Of a stretch of DNA of 35,319 nucleotides, positions 1 through 7,365 are shown piece after piece. How positions within the stretch are numbered: the first letter of the stretch is position 1; each line of letters begins with the position of its first letter. A program made the translations under genes and the position numbers. Under the pieces are notes generated by a model. The model saw nothing but the letters and a program-made list of their open reading frames with translations, ran no database searches and was not told the origin of the DNA. The stretch comes from an uncultured Cyanobium sp. Its GTDB lineage: Bacteria > Cyanobacteriota > Cyanobacteriia > PCC-6307 > Cyanobiaceae. The DNA is taken from positions 1 through 35,319 of the forward strand of contig CAZKER010000283.1 of NCBI GenBank assembly GCA_964551845.1, written 5' to 3'.

Positions 1-855
1 CTCGAGAACGTTCGCTTCTTCGCTGAAGAAGAGAAGAACGAGGGCGACTTCGCCAAAAAGCTGGCCAGCCTGGCTGATGTGTACGTGAACGACGCCTTCG
101 GCGCCGCCCACCGCGCCCACGCCTCCACCGAGGGCGTGACCCAGTACCTGAGCCCCAGCGTGGCCGGCTATCTGATGGAGAAGGAACTGCAGTATCTGCA
201 GGGCGCCATCGACGAGCCCAAGCGTCCCCTAGCGGCGATCGTGGGCGGCTCCAAGGTGAGCTCCAAAATCGGCGTGCTCGAGGCCCTGATCGACAAGTGC
301 GACAAGGTGCTGATCGGCGGCGGCATGATCTTCACCTTCTACAAAGCCCGTGGCCTAGCGGTGGGCAAGAGCCTGGTGGAAGAGGACAAGCTGGAGCTGG
401 CCAAAGAGCTCGAAGCCAAAGCAGCCGCCAAGGGCGTGCAGCTGCTGCTACCCACCGACGTGGTGCTGGCGGACAACTTCGCTCCCGACGCCAACAGCCA
501 AACCGTGTCGATCGACGCCATCCCCGATGGCTGGATGGGCCTAGACATCGGTCCCGACTCGCTCAAAGCCTTCCAGGAGGCCCTAGCCGACTGCAAAACC
601 GTGATCTGGAACGGCCCCATGGGCGTGTTTGAGTTCGACAAGTTTGCCGCCGGCACCAACGGCATCGCCCACACCCTGGCCGACCTGAGCGGCAAAGGCT
701 GCTGCACGATCATTGGCGGAGGTGACTCCGTAGCAGCCGTGGAAAAGGTGGGCGTAGCCGAGAAGATGTCCCACATCTCCACCGGCGGTGGCGCCAGCTT
801 GGAGCTGCTGGAAGGCAAGGTGCTGCCCGGCGTGGCAGCACTGGATGAAGCCTGA
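1..855 (+). CDS. pgk: Phosphoglycerate kinase (5'-truncated by window edge)
   Basis: Frame open from base 1 ([13 protein letters not shown]...). Motifs [53 protein letters not shown]. Confidence 0.98.
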   Translation, partial: LENVRFFAEEEKNEGDFAKKLASLADVYVNDAFGAAHRAHASTEGVTQYLSPSVAGYLMEKELQYLQGAIDEPKRPLAAIVGGSKVSSKIGVLEALIDKCDKVLIGGGMIFTFYKARGLAVGKSLVEEDKLELAKELEAKAAAKGVQLLLPTDVVLADNFAPDANSQTVSIDAIPDGWMGLDIGPDSLKAFQEALADCKTVIWNGPMGVFEFDKFAAGTNGIAHTLADLSGKGCCTIIGGGDSVAAVEKVGVAEKMSHISTGGGASLELLEGKVLPGVAALDEA

Positions 856-886
856 TCTGGATGTGGCCTGATCCAGGCTGACCGCG

Positions 887-912
887 ACAGGGGGCTCAGG
901 CCCCCTGTTTTT
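887..912 (+). terminator. Intrinsic terminator downstream of pgk
   Basis: 9-bp stem ACAGGGGGC/GCCCCCTGT, loop TCAG, followed by a T-run. The stop codon of the convergent 896..1360 gene falls in the loop. Confidence 0.8.
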
Positions 913-1360
913 GTTGGCGCTGATCCTTGCCCCAGCCCGGCAAGCCAAAGCGGCGTTGGAGCTCGGCCCGTTCGGTCATCCAGCGGCGACGCTGCTCCAT
1001 GGCCTGGTCCTGCAGGTTGCGCTGGCAGCTCTGCAAGGCATCGACGTCGCGGGCAGGCACCATGCAGCGCTCGGCCTGGCTCAGTTGTTCCAGGCGTTCA
1101 ACAGAAACCCGCTGCTCTAGCTGTCGGCGGGCGGCGAAATAGGCCTGGCGCTGCTGGCTGCTCAATTTGGAGATCGCCTCGGCCTGCTGGCGTTGCATAG
1201 TTTCGCGGCGCTCAGGGTTGGGGCGCCTTCCGTAACCGGTGCCTTCGGCGAAGGCCGCAGCACCGCCCTGACTAACCCCCAGGATCAGCAAGGTGCCAGC
1301 GAGCAGCAGGGGGGCAGGGCGCTGTCCGGCTCTGGACAACAAGTTGTGCAAAAGGTTCAT
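896..1360 (-). CDS. Exported helical Q/R/E-rich protein with Cx12C motif (Spy/CpxP-like LSxxQ motif); paralog of 1945..2331
   Basis: Signal-peptide-like N-terminus (LLLAGTLLILGVSQGGAAAFA). Contains ISKLSSQQRQAYF and RCMVPARDVDALQSC. Confidence 0.75.
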   Translation of the reverse strand: MNLLHNLLSRAGQRPAPLLLAGTLLILGVSQGGAAAFAEGTGYGRRPNPERRETMQRQQAEAISKLSSQQRQAYFAARRQLEQRVSVERLEQLSQAERCMVPARDVDALQSCQRNLQDQAMEQRRRWMTERAELQRRFGLPGWGKDQRQQKQGA

Positions 1361-1366
1361 GGCTGT

Positions 1367-1396
1367 AGGTGAGGTGAGGTGAGGTGAGGTGAGGTG
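1367..1396. repeat. Perfect pentanucleotide microsatellite (AGGTG)x6, i.e. (CACCT)x6 on the mRNA strand
   Basis: Read directly. It ends 6 nt upstream of the ATG at 1360. Confidence 0.95.
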
Positions 1397-1435
1397 GATC
1401 CACCCCTGAATCTTGGGCGTTCCGCTTCACTGAAA

Positions 1436-1470
1436 TGTGACCAACACGGCGGAAAGTTGTTACCGGATCT
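1436..1470 (-). promoter_or_regulatory. Putative response-regulator binding box 1
   Basis: Minus strand AGATCCGGTAACAACTT (1470-1454) plus GGTCACA (1442-1436) 22 bp downstream. Matches boxes at 2423-2439 and 4517-4533. Confidence 0.6.
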
Positions 1471-1506
1471 GACTGTGAACAACCGCGGCGCTGGCTGAGG
1501 CCGGCT

Positions 1507-1872
1507 TCAGCACCCGGAGATCACACCACCCAGGATGCCGCCCATCGCCGCCCCCATTGGCAGGCTCCAGAGGCGGTTACGGGAGTTGCTGGCCAACATC
1601 GCTCCCAGTCCGCCACCAATGGCAGCACCGGTCAGCACGGTACCCCGATTGCAGCGACGCACGGGAGGCGGGCTGTAGGGCGCAGGTTCAACGGCGATGG
1701 GGTAGCCATAGGGTCTCGCGGGCAGGGGGGCATAGGTTTGGCTGGGGGGCGGACCGTAGCTGTCGTAGGCGTAGCGCTGATCGCCGTAGGGGTAGGCCTG
1801 GGCGGCCTCAGGAGCAAGGGCTGCACTGCCGAGCAGGCCGGCCAAAACGAGAGGAAGGGCAGAGAGGCGCAT
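1507..1872 (-). CDS. Exported glycine-zipper 2TM protein with Pro/Tyr-rich linker
   Basis: Signal peptide ending AQA. C-terminal GAAIGGGLGAML...GAAMGGILGGVI flanked by two Cys. Confidence 0.85.
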   Translation of the reverse strand: MRLSALPLVLAGLLGSAALAPEAAQAYPYGDQRYAYDSYGPPPSQTYAPLPARPYGYPIAVEPAPYSPPPVRRCNRGTVLTGAAIGGGLGAMLASNSRNRLWSLPMGAAMGGILGGVISGC

Positions 1873-1944
1873 GGATGGTCTTGCGGGAGGTGATGTTGCG
1901 AGGGATGGGAAGTGGGGGTCGGAGCAAGAAAACCGAAAAAGCCG

Positions 1945-2331
1945 TCAGAGTCCCAGGCCGGGCCGCCCGGGCAGCTGGGCGGTGAAGCCCTGGCGGCCCA
2001 TCAGAAGCTGCCATTCCTGCTGATCGCGCCGCCTCTGACGCTCCCGAACCTGCTCATCGCGGCGCAGGCACTGGTCGTTGTCCCAGCGCTCACGGGCGCT
2101 GCTGAGGCAGCGATCCAGTTGGTCGAGGCGCCACTGGGTCTGGCGATAGGACTGATCCGCCAAGGCCCGCTGAGCCTGAACCCAGCCGCGCTGGAGGCCC
2201 GAATTGGGGCTCCAGGGGCCGACGGCTCGACCTGGAAACTGGGGATCGGCCAGGGCGGAGCCGGCACTGACGGCACCGCTACCCAACAGGCCCAGCACCA
2301 GGGCCAGGCGGGGAAGGGGAAAGGACTTCAT
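1945..2331 (-). CDS. Exported helical protein with Cx12C motif; paralog of 896..1360
   Basis: Start re-assigned to ATG 2331 (MKSFPLPRLALVLGLLGSGAVSAGSALA, a signal peptide). Contains RCLSSARERWDNDQC...QRRR. Confidence 0.75.
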   Translation of the reverse strand: MKSFPLPRLALVLGLLGSGAVSAGSALADPQFPGRAVGPWSPNSGLQRGWVQAQRALADQSYRQTQWRLDQLDRCLSSARERWDNDQCLRRDEQVRERQRRRDQQEWQLLMGRQGFTAQLPGRPGLGL

Positions 2332-2404
2332 GGGAAGAAGGTGGGTGAAACGCTGCAGCCTTGAGCTGTCACCCCGGAACTTTGCGGCGAACCAACGGGC
2401 GAAG

Positions 2405-2439
2405 TGCAACCGAGTTGCCACCAACCTGTGACCAAATCC
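2405..2439 (-). promoter_or_regulatory. Putative response-regulator binding box 2 (three half-sites at 11-bp period)
   Basis: Minus strand GGATTT GGTCACA ggtt GGTGGCA actc GGTTGCA. Confidence 0.65.
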
Positions 2440-2454
2440 GACAGGCGCGGGGCG

Positions 2455-3795
2455 TTAACCGGCAGATTCAGTTCCCAGCTGGCTTTTGGAGCGCCCCCAA
2501 AGGGCGATTCCAAAACGAAATCCAAGGGCGGGGCTAGGGCCATTGCCGGAGCCATCGCTCTCCAGCCGCTCCAGCCCACCGCCGTGAGCGGCCGCCACCC
2601 GAGCGGCAATCGCCAGCCCCAGGCCGCAGTGGCCGCTGCCACCTCGGGCGGCATCGAGCCGCTGGAAGGGCATCAAGGCCTGATCCCACTGCGTGGCGGC
2701 GATGCCGGGGCCCCCATCCCAGAGCACGATGCGAAAGCCTTCCCCCTCAGGTGGCCCGGACTGCAAGACCAACCGCAGCGGCGCTGCTCCGTAGCTGCGG
2801 GCGTTGTCGATCAGATTGGCCACGGCCCGGGAAAGCGCCACCGGCTGCACTACGCGCAGCAAGGGCTGCAGCTCCAGCGCCAGGGTGTCGGCATCCAGGC
2901 CCGCCGCCACCTCTGCCAGCAGCTGATCCAGCGGCACCGCCACGGCCGCCTCATTGTCGTTGCCGCCAGCGAACAGCAAAAACTGTTGGGTGATCCGCTC
3001 CAATGCCACCAGATCGGCCTCAGCCTGCTGCAGATCTGCTCCCGGCAAGCCGGCCAAGCTGAGCCGAAAGCGCAGACGTGTAATCGGGCTTTTGAGGTCG
3101 TGGGCGATGCCGCCCAGCATCACCGAACGCTCCTGCTCGGCGCGCTCCAGGCGCCGCAGCATGGCATTAAACCGGCCGGTGAGCTGGCGCACGCTGGTGG
3201 TGCCACGCTCCTCCGGCAGGGCCGGTGGCCGGGCGGCAGTACCTACCCCGCCCAGGGCCCGCTGCAGCTGTTGCAGCGGGCGTTGCACCTCCAGCCAGAA
3301 AAACAGCAGCAGCGCCACGCTGCCGCCCAGCCCCAGGCCCGCCAGCAGCAGCCAGGGATCGGGCGGCCAGCGGCGGGCCGGCGGAATCGGCGCCAGCAGC
3401 CACACCGGCTCCAGCGGCGCCAGCAGTTGCACCCACACACCCCTCTGCGGCTGCGCCGCCGGCAGCACGGTGGGACAGGGCCGCAGCTCACGGCAGAGCT
3501 CCTGGCGCAGCAGCCGTCCCTCCGCGGCCAGAGCAGGGTTGGTGGAGGTGGGCGGATGGGCCCCAACCCGCAGGGGCAGGCCACTGAGCCGAGCCAGGGC
3601 CGCCGGCGGCAGGCGATCGAGGGCCAGCTCCCCTAATCGCACCTGAAACAGCACCTCTGGCCCCAACTGGGCAATGCGGTCCCGCTGCAGACGCTCAGCC
3701 AGCAGCAGCTGCAACTGAGCCGTGCTCAGCAGAGCAACCCCGAGCCCCACCAGGCCATAGCGCAGAGCGGTCCTAACGACTGCGAGGCTGGCCAT
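2455..3795 (-). CDS. Sensor histidine kinase, EnvZ-like (2 TM, HAMP, HisKA, HATPase)
   Basis: H-box GIAHDLKSPITRLR, N-box AVANLIDNARSYG, G1 DGGPGI, F-box PFQRLD, G2 GHCGLGLAI. Start re-assigned to ATG 3795, overlapping the regulator's 3' end. Confidence 0.93.
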   Translation of the reverse strand: MASLAVVRTALRYGLVGLGVALLSTAQLQLLLAERLQRDRIAQLGPEVLFQVRLGELALDRLPPAALARLSGLPLRVGAHPPTSTNPALAAEGRLLRQELCRELRPCPTVLPAAQPQRGVWVQLLAPLEPVWLLAPIPPARRWPPDPWLLLAGLGLGGSVALLLFFWLEVQRPLQQLQRALGGVGTAARPPALPEERGTTSVRQLTGRFNAMLRRLERAEQERSVMLGGIAHDLKSPITRLRFRLSLAGLPGADLQQAEADLVALERITQQFLLFAGGNDNEAAVAVPLDQLLAEVAAGLDADTLALELQPLLRVVQPVALSRAVANLIDNARSYGAAPLRLVLQSGPPEGEGFRIVLWDGGPGIAATQWDQALMPFQRLDAARGGSGHCGLGLAIAARVAAAHGGGLERLESDGSGNGPSPALGFRFGIALWGRSKSQLGTESAG

Positions 3796-4498
3796 CGGGC
3801 ACGAATACATAGCCATAGCCCCACACCGTCTGCAGGTAGCGAGGGCGAGCGGGATCGGGTTCCACCAGCTTGCGCAGACGCGACACCTGTACATCCATGC
3901 TGCGGCTGTCGGTGACCGATTCAGGCCCCCGAGCGAGCTCGACCAGTCGCTCGCGCGAAAGAGGTCTGTGCGGATGCTGCACAAAGGCCGCCAGCAAGGC
4001 GAATTCGCCGGAGGTGAGCACCGTCATCCTCCCCCCCTGCTCCAAGGTGCGGGCCGCCAGATCCAACACCTGCTCCCCAATCGTCAACGACTCCCCTTCG
4101 GCCAGGGGCGTACCTGCCGGCAGGGCGACGCGGCGACGCAGCACTGCCTCGATGCGGGCGGTGAGCTCCCGCGGCAGGAACGGCTTGGCCAGATAGTCAT
4201 CAGCGCCCTGCTCCAGACCGATGATCCGATCCACCGCATCGCCTTTAGCGGTGAGCATCACCACCGGCAGGTCGTCACCGCCGTCGCGCAAGCGCCTCAG
4301 CAGGGTGAGGCCGTCGTCTCCCGGCAACATCAGATCCAGCACCACTAGATCGGGACGCTGGCCTGCCAACCGCGCCATCAGCTGGGCTCCGTCTGCCAGG
4401 CAGCGCACGTCATAGCCCTGGTCGATCAGGTAGGTGCCCACCATGCTCCGCAATTCGGGGTCGTCATCGACCACCCAGATGCTTTGGCCTGGGGACAT
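3773..4498 (-). CDS. OmpR/PhoB-family response regulator
   Basis: IWVVDDD, DLVVLDLMLPGDDG, MLTAKG, GADDYLAKPF, DRSMDVQVSRLRK-like winged helix (SRSMDVQVSRLRK), LQTVWGYGY. Start re-assigned to ATG 4498 (MSPGQSIWVVDD). Confidence 0.96.
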   Translation of the reverse strand: MSPGQSIWVVDDDPELRSMVGTYLIDQGYDVRCLADGAQLMARLAGQRPDLVVLDLMLPGDDGLTLLRRLRDGGDDLPVVMLTAKGDAVDRIIGLEQGADDYLAKPFLPRELTARIEAVLRRRVALPAGTPLAEGESLTIGEQVLDLAARTLEQGGRMTVLTSGEFALLAAFVQHPHRPLSRERLVELARGPESVTDSRSMDVQVSRLRKLVEPDPARPRYLQTVWGYGYVFVPDGQPRSR

Positions 4499-4516
4499 CG
4501 CGGTGCCATGCCGGAA

Positions 4517-4551
4517 AGATCTGGTCACAGCTTGGCCGGAATCTGGCAATA
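4517..4551 (+). promoter_or_regulatory. Putative response-regulator binding box 3 in the divergent regulator/EF-hand promoter
   Basis: AGATCT GGTCACA gctt GGCCGGA atct GGCAATA. ATCTGGTCACAGCTTGG is 15/17 identical to the reverse complement of 2421-2437. Confidence 0.6.
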
Positions 4552-4582
4552 GCGGGCTGCACCGGCTGCATAGCCTGAGTTC

Positions 4583-4876
4583 ATGCCCACCTCAACCATG
4601 GTTCCTGCCGTCCGCCGAGCACTGCGCCGTATCGCCAGCAGCCTGGCGGGACTGCTGCTTTTGGCCGCGGTCGGCAGCGCAGGACAGCCGGCACGGGCGG
4701 CCGATGAGTTGGAGGTGTACCAGCAGCGGCTAGCGCAATTGTTCCGGCAGCTCGATCGCAACGGCGATGGCAGGCTGGAGCTCGACGAGGTGCGCGCCAA
4801 CGCCTACCTACAGCGCCACTTCGAGCGGCTCGATCGCGGCGGCAAGGGCTATCTGGTGCCGGGGGACCTGCGTTAA
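4583..4876 (+). CDS. Exported EF-hand (Ca2+-binding) protein
   Basis: Signal peptide ending ARA. Canonical loop DRNGDGRLELDE and a degenerate second loop DRGGKGYLVPGD. Alternative start at 4598. Confidence 0.85.
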   Translation: MPTSTMVPAVRRALRRIASSLAGLLLLAAVGSAGQPARAADELEVYQQRLAQLFRQLDRNGDGRLELDEVRANAYLQRHFERLDRGGKGYLVPGDLR

Positions 4877-5676
4877 GGATTCAGCTGGGTCTTGTCGGCC
4901 ACCACCAGCACCCGTTTGGTGGCACTGACGATGCCCTTGGGATGGACCAGCAAAATCGCCCAGGTCTGAAATCCCGGTGTGTAGGGAGCCTGCACCGACT
5001 TGAATAGGCCACCGCCACCCAAAGCCCCCAGCTGCAAGTCGGGGCTCTCTAGGGCGTTCACCTGCTGACCGGTAAGAGCCACCAAACCGCCCGCCGCGAT
5101 CGCCCCCTCCAAGGGCTCATCAAACAACACGTCAACGTCGTAACGCTGACCTGTGAGCACCGCATCCGGGATCAACAGGCTCACTGGCAGATCTGCCTCA
5201 CCACTGCGCACCAAAGTCTGCTCGCGAATCACGGTCTGGCCGTTGATGCGCCCCCCGGGGCCGCCACTGCTGCTAAGTAGCAGCTGTTGCTGGGCATCGA
5301 GCCGGTAGCGAGTTGGGCCGTCCTGCCGGCTGCCGGTCACCAGGAGCTGCACGGTGCTGCGGCCGTCGCGCAGGGCCTTGCCCTCGCTGAGCTGCCAGCG
5401 GGCATCGGGAAACTGCCGCAGCAGGCTGCGCCGGCGCAGTTCCACCAAAGTGACGTCGAGCCCGGGACCGTTCTCCAGGACGCCACTGAGTTCGCCGTTG
5501 CCGTTAAGGGCCGTTTCCAGGGCCTGCAACTGCGCCGCACTGGGGCCGGTGGCGGCGAGCGCAGGCAGCGCGCTGCCTAGCAAGGCCATCAGGCTGGCCA
5601 GCCCCAGGATCGGGGCGAGGCGACCACCGCACAAAAATCGAGGCAGAAATCGGGCGGGCAGCTGGAGACGCGGCAT
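4873..5676 (-). CDS. Conserved cyanobacterial exported protein (NTF2-like family)
   Basis: Signal peptide. C-terminal PDAVLTGQRYDVDVLFDEPLEG...GGGLFKSVQAP pattern typical of the cyanobacterial gene divergent from murG (recognised from memory). Confidence 0.7.
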   Translation of the reverse strand: MPRLQLPARFLPRFLCGGRLAPILGLASLMALLGSALPALAATGPSAAQLQALETALNGNGELSGVLENGPGLDVTLVELRRRSLLRQFPDARWQLSEGKALRDGRSTVQLLVTGSRQDGPTRYRLDAQQQLLLSSSGGPGGRINGQTVIREQTLVRSGEADLPVSLLIPDAVLTGQRYDVDVLFDEPLEGAIAAGGLVALTGQQVNALESPDLQLGALGGGGLFKSVQAPYTPGFQTWAILLVHPKGIVSATKRVLVVADKTQLNP

Positions 5677-5726
5677 AGGGCGGCGGAAACCGCTTTTAAG
5701 TTAGGCACGCTTCAGCCCCAGCACCC

Positions 5727-6797
5727 ATGCCCAGGCTCCTGATCGCTGCCAGCGGCACCGGCGGCCACCTGTTTCCTGCCCTGGCTGTCGCCGATGCCAT
5801 GCCGGCCGATTGGAGCGTCCAATGGCTGGGGGTGCCAGACCGGCTTGAACGCCAGCTGGTGCCGAGCCGCTATCCGCTGCACACGGTGCGGGCCGGCGGG
5901 CTGCAGGGGCGAGGCCTACGCAAGCTGCTCAACCTGGTGCAACTGCTGCAGGCCATTCGGTCGGTGCGGCGGCTGATCAAGCGCGAACGCATCGAAGCGG
6001 TGTTCACCAGCGGCGGTTACATCGCGGCGCCGGCAATCCTGGCGGCCCGCTGGTGCGGTGTGCCGGTTGTGCTGCACGAAAGCAACGCTGTGCCCGGCAA
6101 GGTGACACGCCTGCTGGGCCGGCTCTGCAGCCAGGTGGCGGTAGGACTGCCCCAGGCTGCTGCCCGTCTGCCCCGCAGCCGGCCCTTGGTCACGGGAACG
6201 CCGGTGCGGCAAGCCTTTCTGGAGCCCGCCCCCCTGCCTGCCTGGGTGCCCCACGGCTCCGGGCCCTTGCTGCTTGTAATGGGAGGTAGCCAGGGAGCTG
6301 TGGGTCTCAACCAAATGGTTCGCCCCCTGCTGCCCAAGCTCACGGCCGCTGGCGTGCGGGTGGTGCATCTCACCGGCAGCAACGACCCAGAAGCAGGCCA
6401 GACCCTGCCTGAAGGGGTGGTGGAGCTCCCCTTCAGCGACGAGATCCCAGGCCTGCTGCAGCATGCCGCCCTGGCGATCAGCCGCAGCGGTGCCGGCGCC
6501 CTCAGCGAGCTGGCCGTCTGCGGCACCCCGGCGGTGCTGGTGCCCTACCCAGCCGCGGCTGACCACCATCAAGACGTCAACGCCGCCGCGGCTGCCGAAC
6601 TTGGGGCGGCCGTGATCGTGTGGCAGCACGGCCCCAGCGAGCCGGCCCTCGAGCGCAGCCTCTGGCGGCTGCTGGGCCCACGCCTTCGGAAGGCAGCGGC
6701 TGCTTGCGATCCCCTGAGCGGCATGGCTGCAGCCATGGGCGAGCTAGCGGTGCGCGATGCCGATCAGCGAGTGGCGGCGATGCTGAGAAAACCCTAA
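5727..6797 (+). CDS. murG: Undecaprenyl-PP-MurNAc-pentapeptide GlcNAc transferase
   Basis: [49 protein letters not shown]. Confidence 0.96.
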   Translation: MPRLLIAASGTGGHLFPALAVADAMPADWSVQWLGVPDRLERQLVPSRYPLHTVRAGGLQGRGLRKLLNLVQLLQAIRSVRRLIKRERIEAVFTSGGYIAAPAILAARWCGVPVVLHESNAVPGKVTRLLGRLCSQVAVGLPQAAARLPRSRPLVTGTPVRQAFLEPAPLPAWVPHGSGPLLLVMGGSQGAVGLNQMVRPLLPKLTAAGVRVVHLTGSNDPEAGQTLPEGVVELPFSDEIPGLLQHAALAISRSGAGALSELAVCGTPAVLVPYPAAADHHQDVNAAAAAELGAAVIVWQHGPSEPALERSLWRLLGPRLRKAAAACDPLSGMAAAMGELAVRDADQRVAAMLRKP

Positions 6798-6799
6798 AG

Positions 6800-6820
6800 T
6801 TGTCCAACAAAGCTGGACAA
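6800..6820. promoter_or_regulatory. Inverted repeat, likely TA autorepression operator
   Basis: TTGTCCA-N7-TGGACAA immediately upstream of the antitoxin start. Each arm is one mismatch from the TGTACA core of YefM operators. Confidence 0.6.
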
Positions 6821-6823
6821 TCA

Positions 6824-7099
6824 GTGGCAATTGAGACTACTTACAGCCAAGCCAGGGAAGGCTTGAAGGGCCTGATGGACCGTGCCGTACAAGACCGAGA
6901 GGTCGTGATGGTGCGGCGGCGCAAGGGCGGCGATGTGGCCCTAGTGGCTGCTGATGAGCTGGCCGGCCTACTGGAAACAGCCCATCTGCTGCGCTCACCG
7001 GCGAATGCGGAGCGTCTTCTTTCAGCCCTAAGCAGAGCTCGCGAGCAGAGCCTGGCCCCGATCAACCTGACGGACCTTGCCAGCAGCCTTGAAGGCTGA
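6824..7099 (+). CDS. yefM: Phd/YefM-family antitoxin
   Basis: Start re-assigned to GTG 6824 (MAIETTYSQAREGLKGLMD...LLETAHLLRSPANAERLLSAL). Stop overlaps the toxin ATG (TGATG). Confidence 0.92.
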   Translation: MAIETTYSQAREGLKGLMDRAVQDREVVMVRRRKGGDVALVAADELAGLLETAHLLRSPANAERLLSALSRAREQSLAPINLTDLASSLEG

Positions 7100-7365
7100 T
7101 GGGCCCCTCCTGGCAGGCGGTGGTTCACCCGGAGTTTCTAGATGACTTGCAGCATTGGGTTCGCCACGAGCCACGCACCGCTAAGCGCCTGATTGAGCTG
7201 ATGCAAGCCATCTTGAAAGATCCTTTTGAGGGCATCGGCAAACCAGAACCGCTCAAATACTTGGGGCAGGGCGTTTGGTCGCGGCGGATCACCCAGGAAC
7301 ATCGCTGCGTGTATTTGGTTCAGAACAGCCGGGTCGAATTTCTGCAAGGCCGCTATCACTACTAA
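7099..7365 (+). CDS. yoeB: Txe/YoeB-family toxin (ribosome-dependent RNase)
   Basis: DPFEGIGKPEPLKY...WSRRITQEHRCVY...RYHY signature. Confidence 0.95.
   Translation: MGPSWQAVVHPEFLDDLQHWVRHEPRTAKRLIELMQAILKDPFEGIGKPEPLKYLGQGVWSRRITQEHRCVYLVQNSRVEFLQGRYHY

Noticed and set aside
1367..1396. Repeat considered as CRISPR or iteron
   Set aside because: 5-bp units without spacers; no cas or rep genes in the window.
2404..3636. 410-aa plus-strand ORF
   Set aside because: Antisense shadow of the histidine kinase in GC-rich DNA, with no motifs.
6620..6823. N-terminal extension of the antitoxin ORF
   Set aside because: Overlaps murG. The YefM-like sequence starts at GTG 6824.
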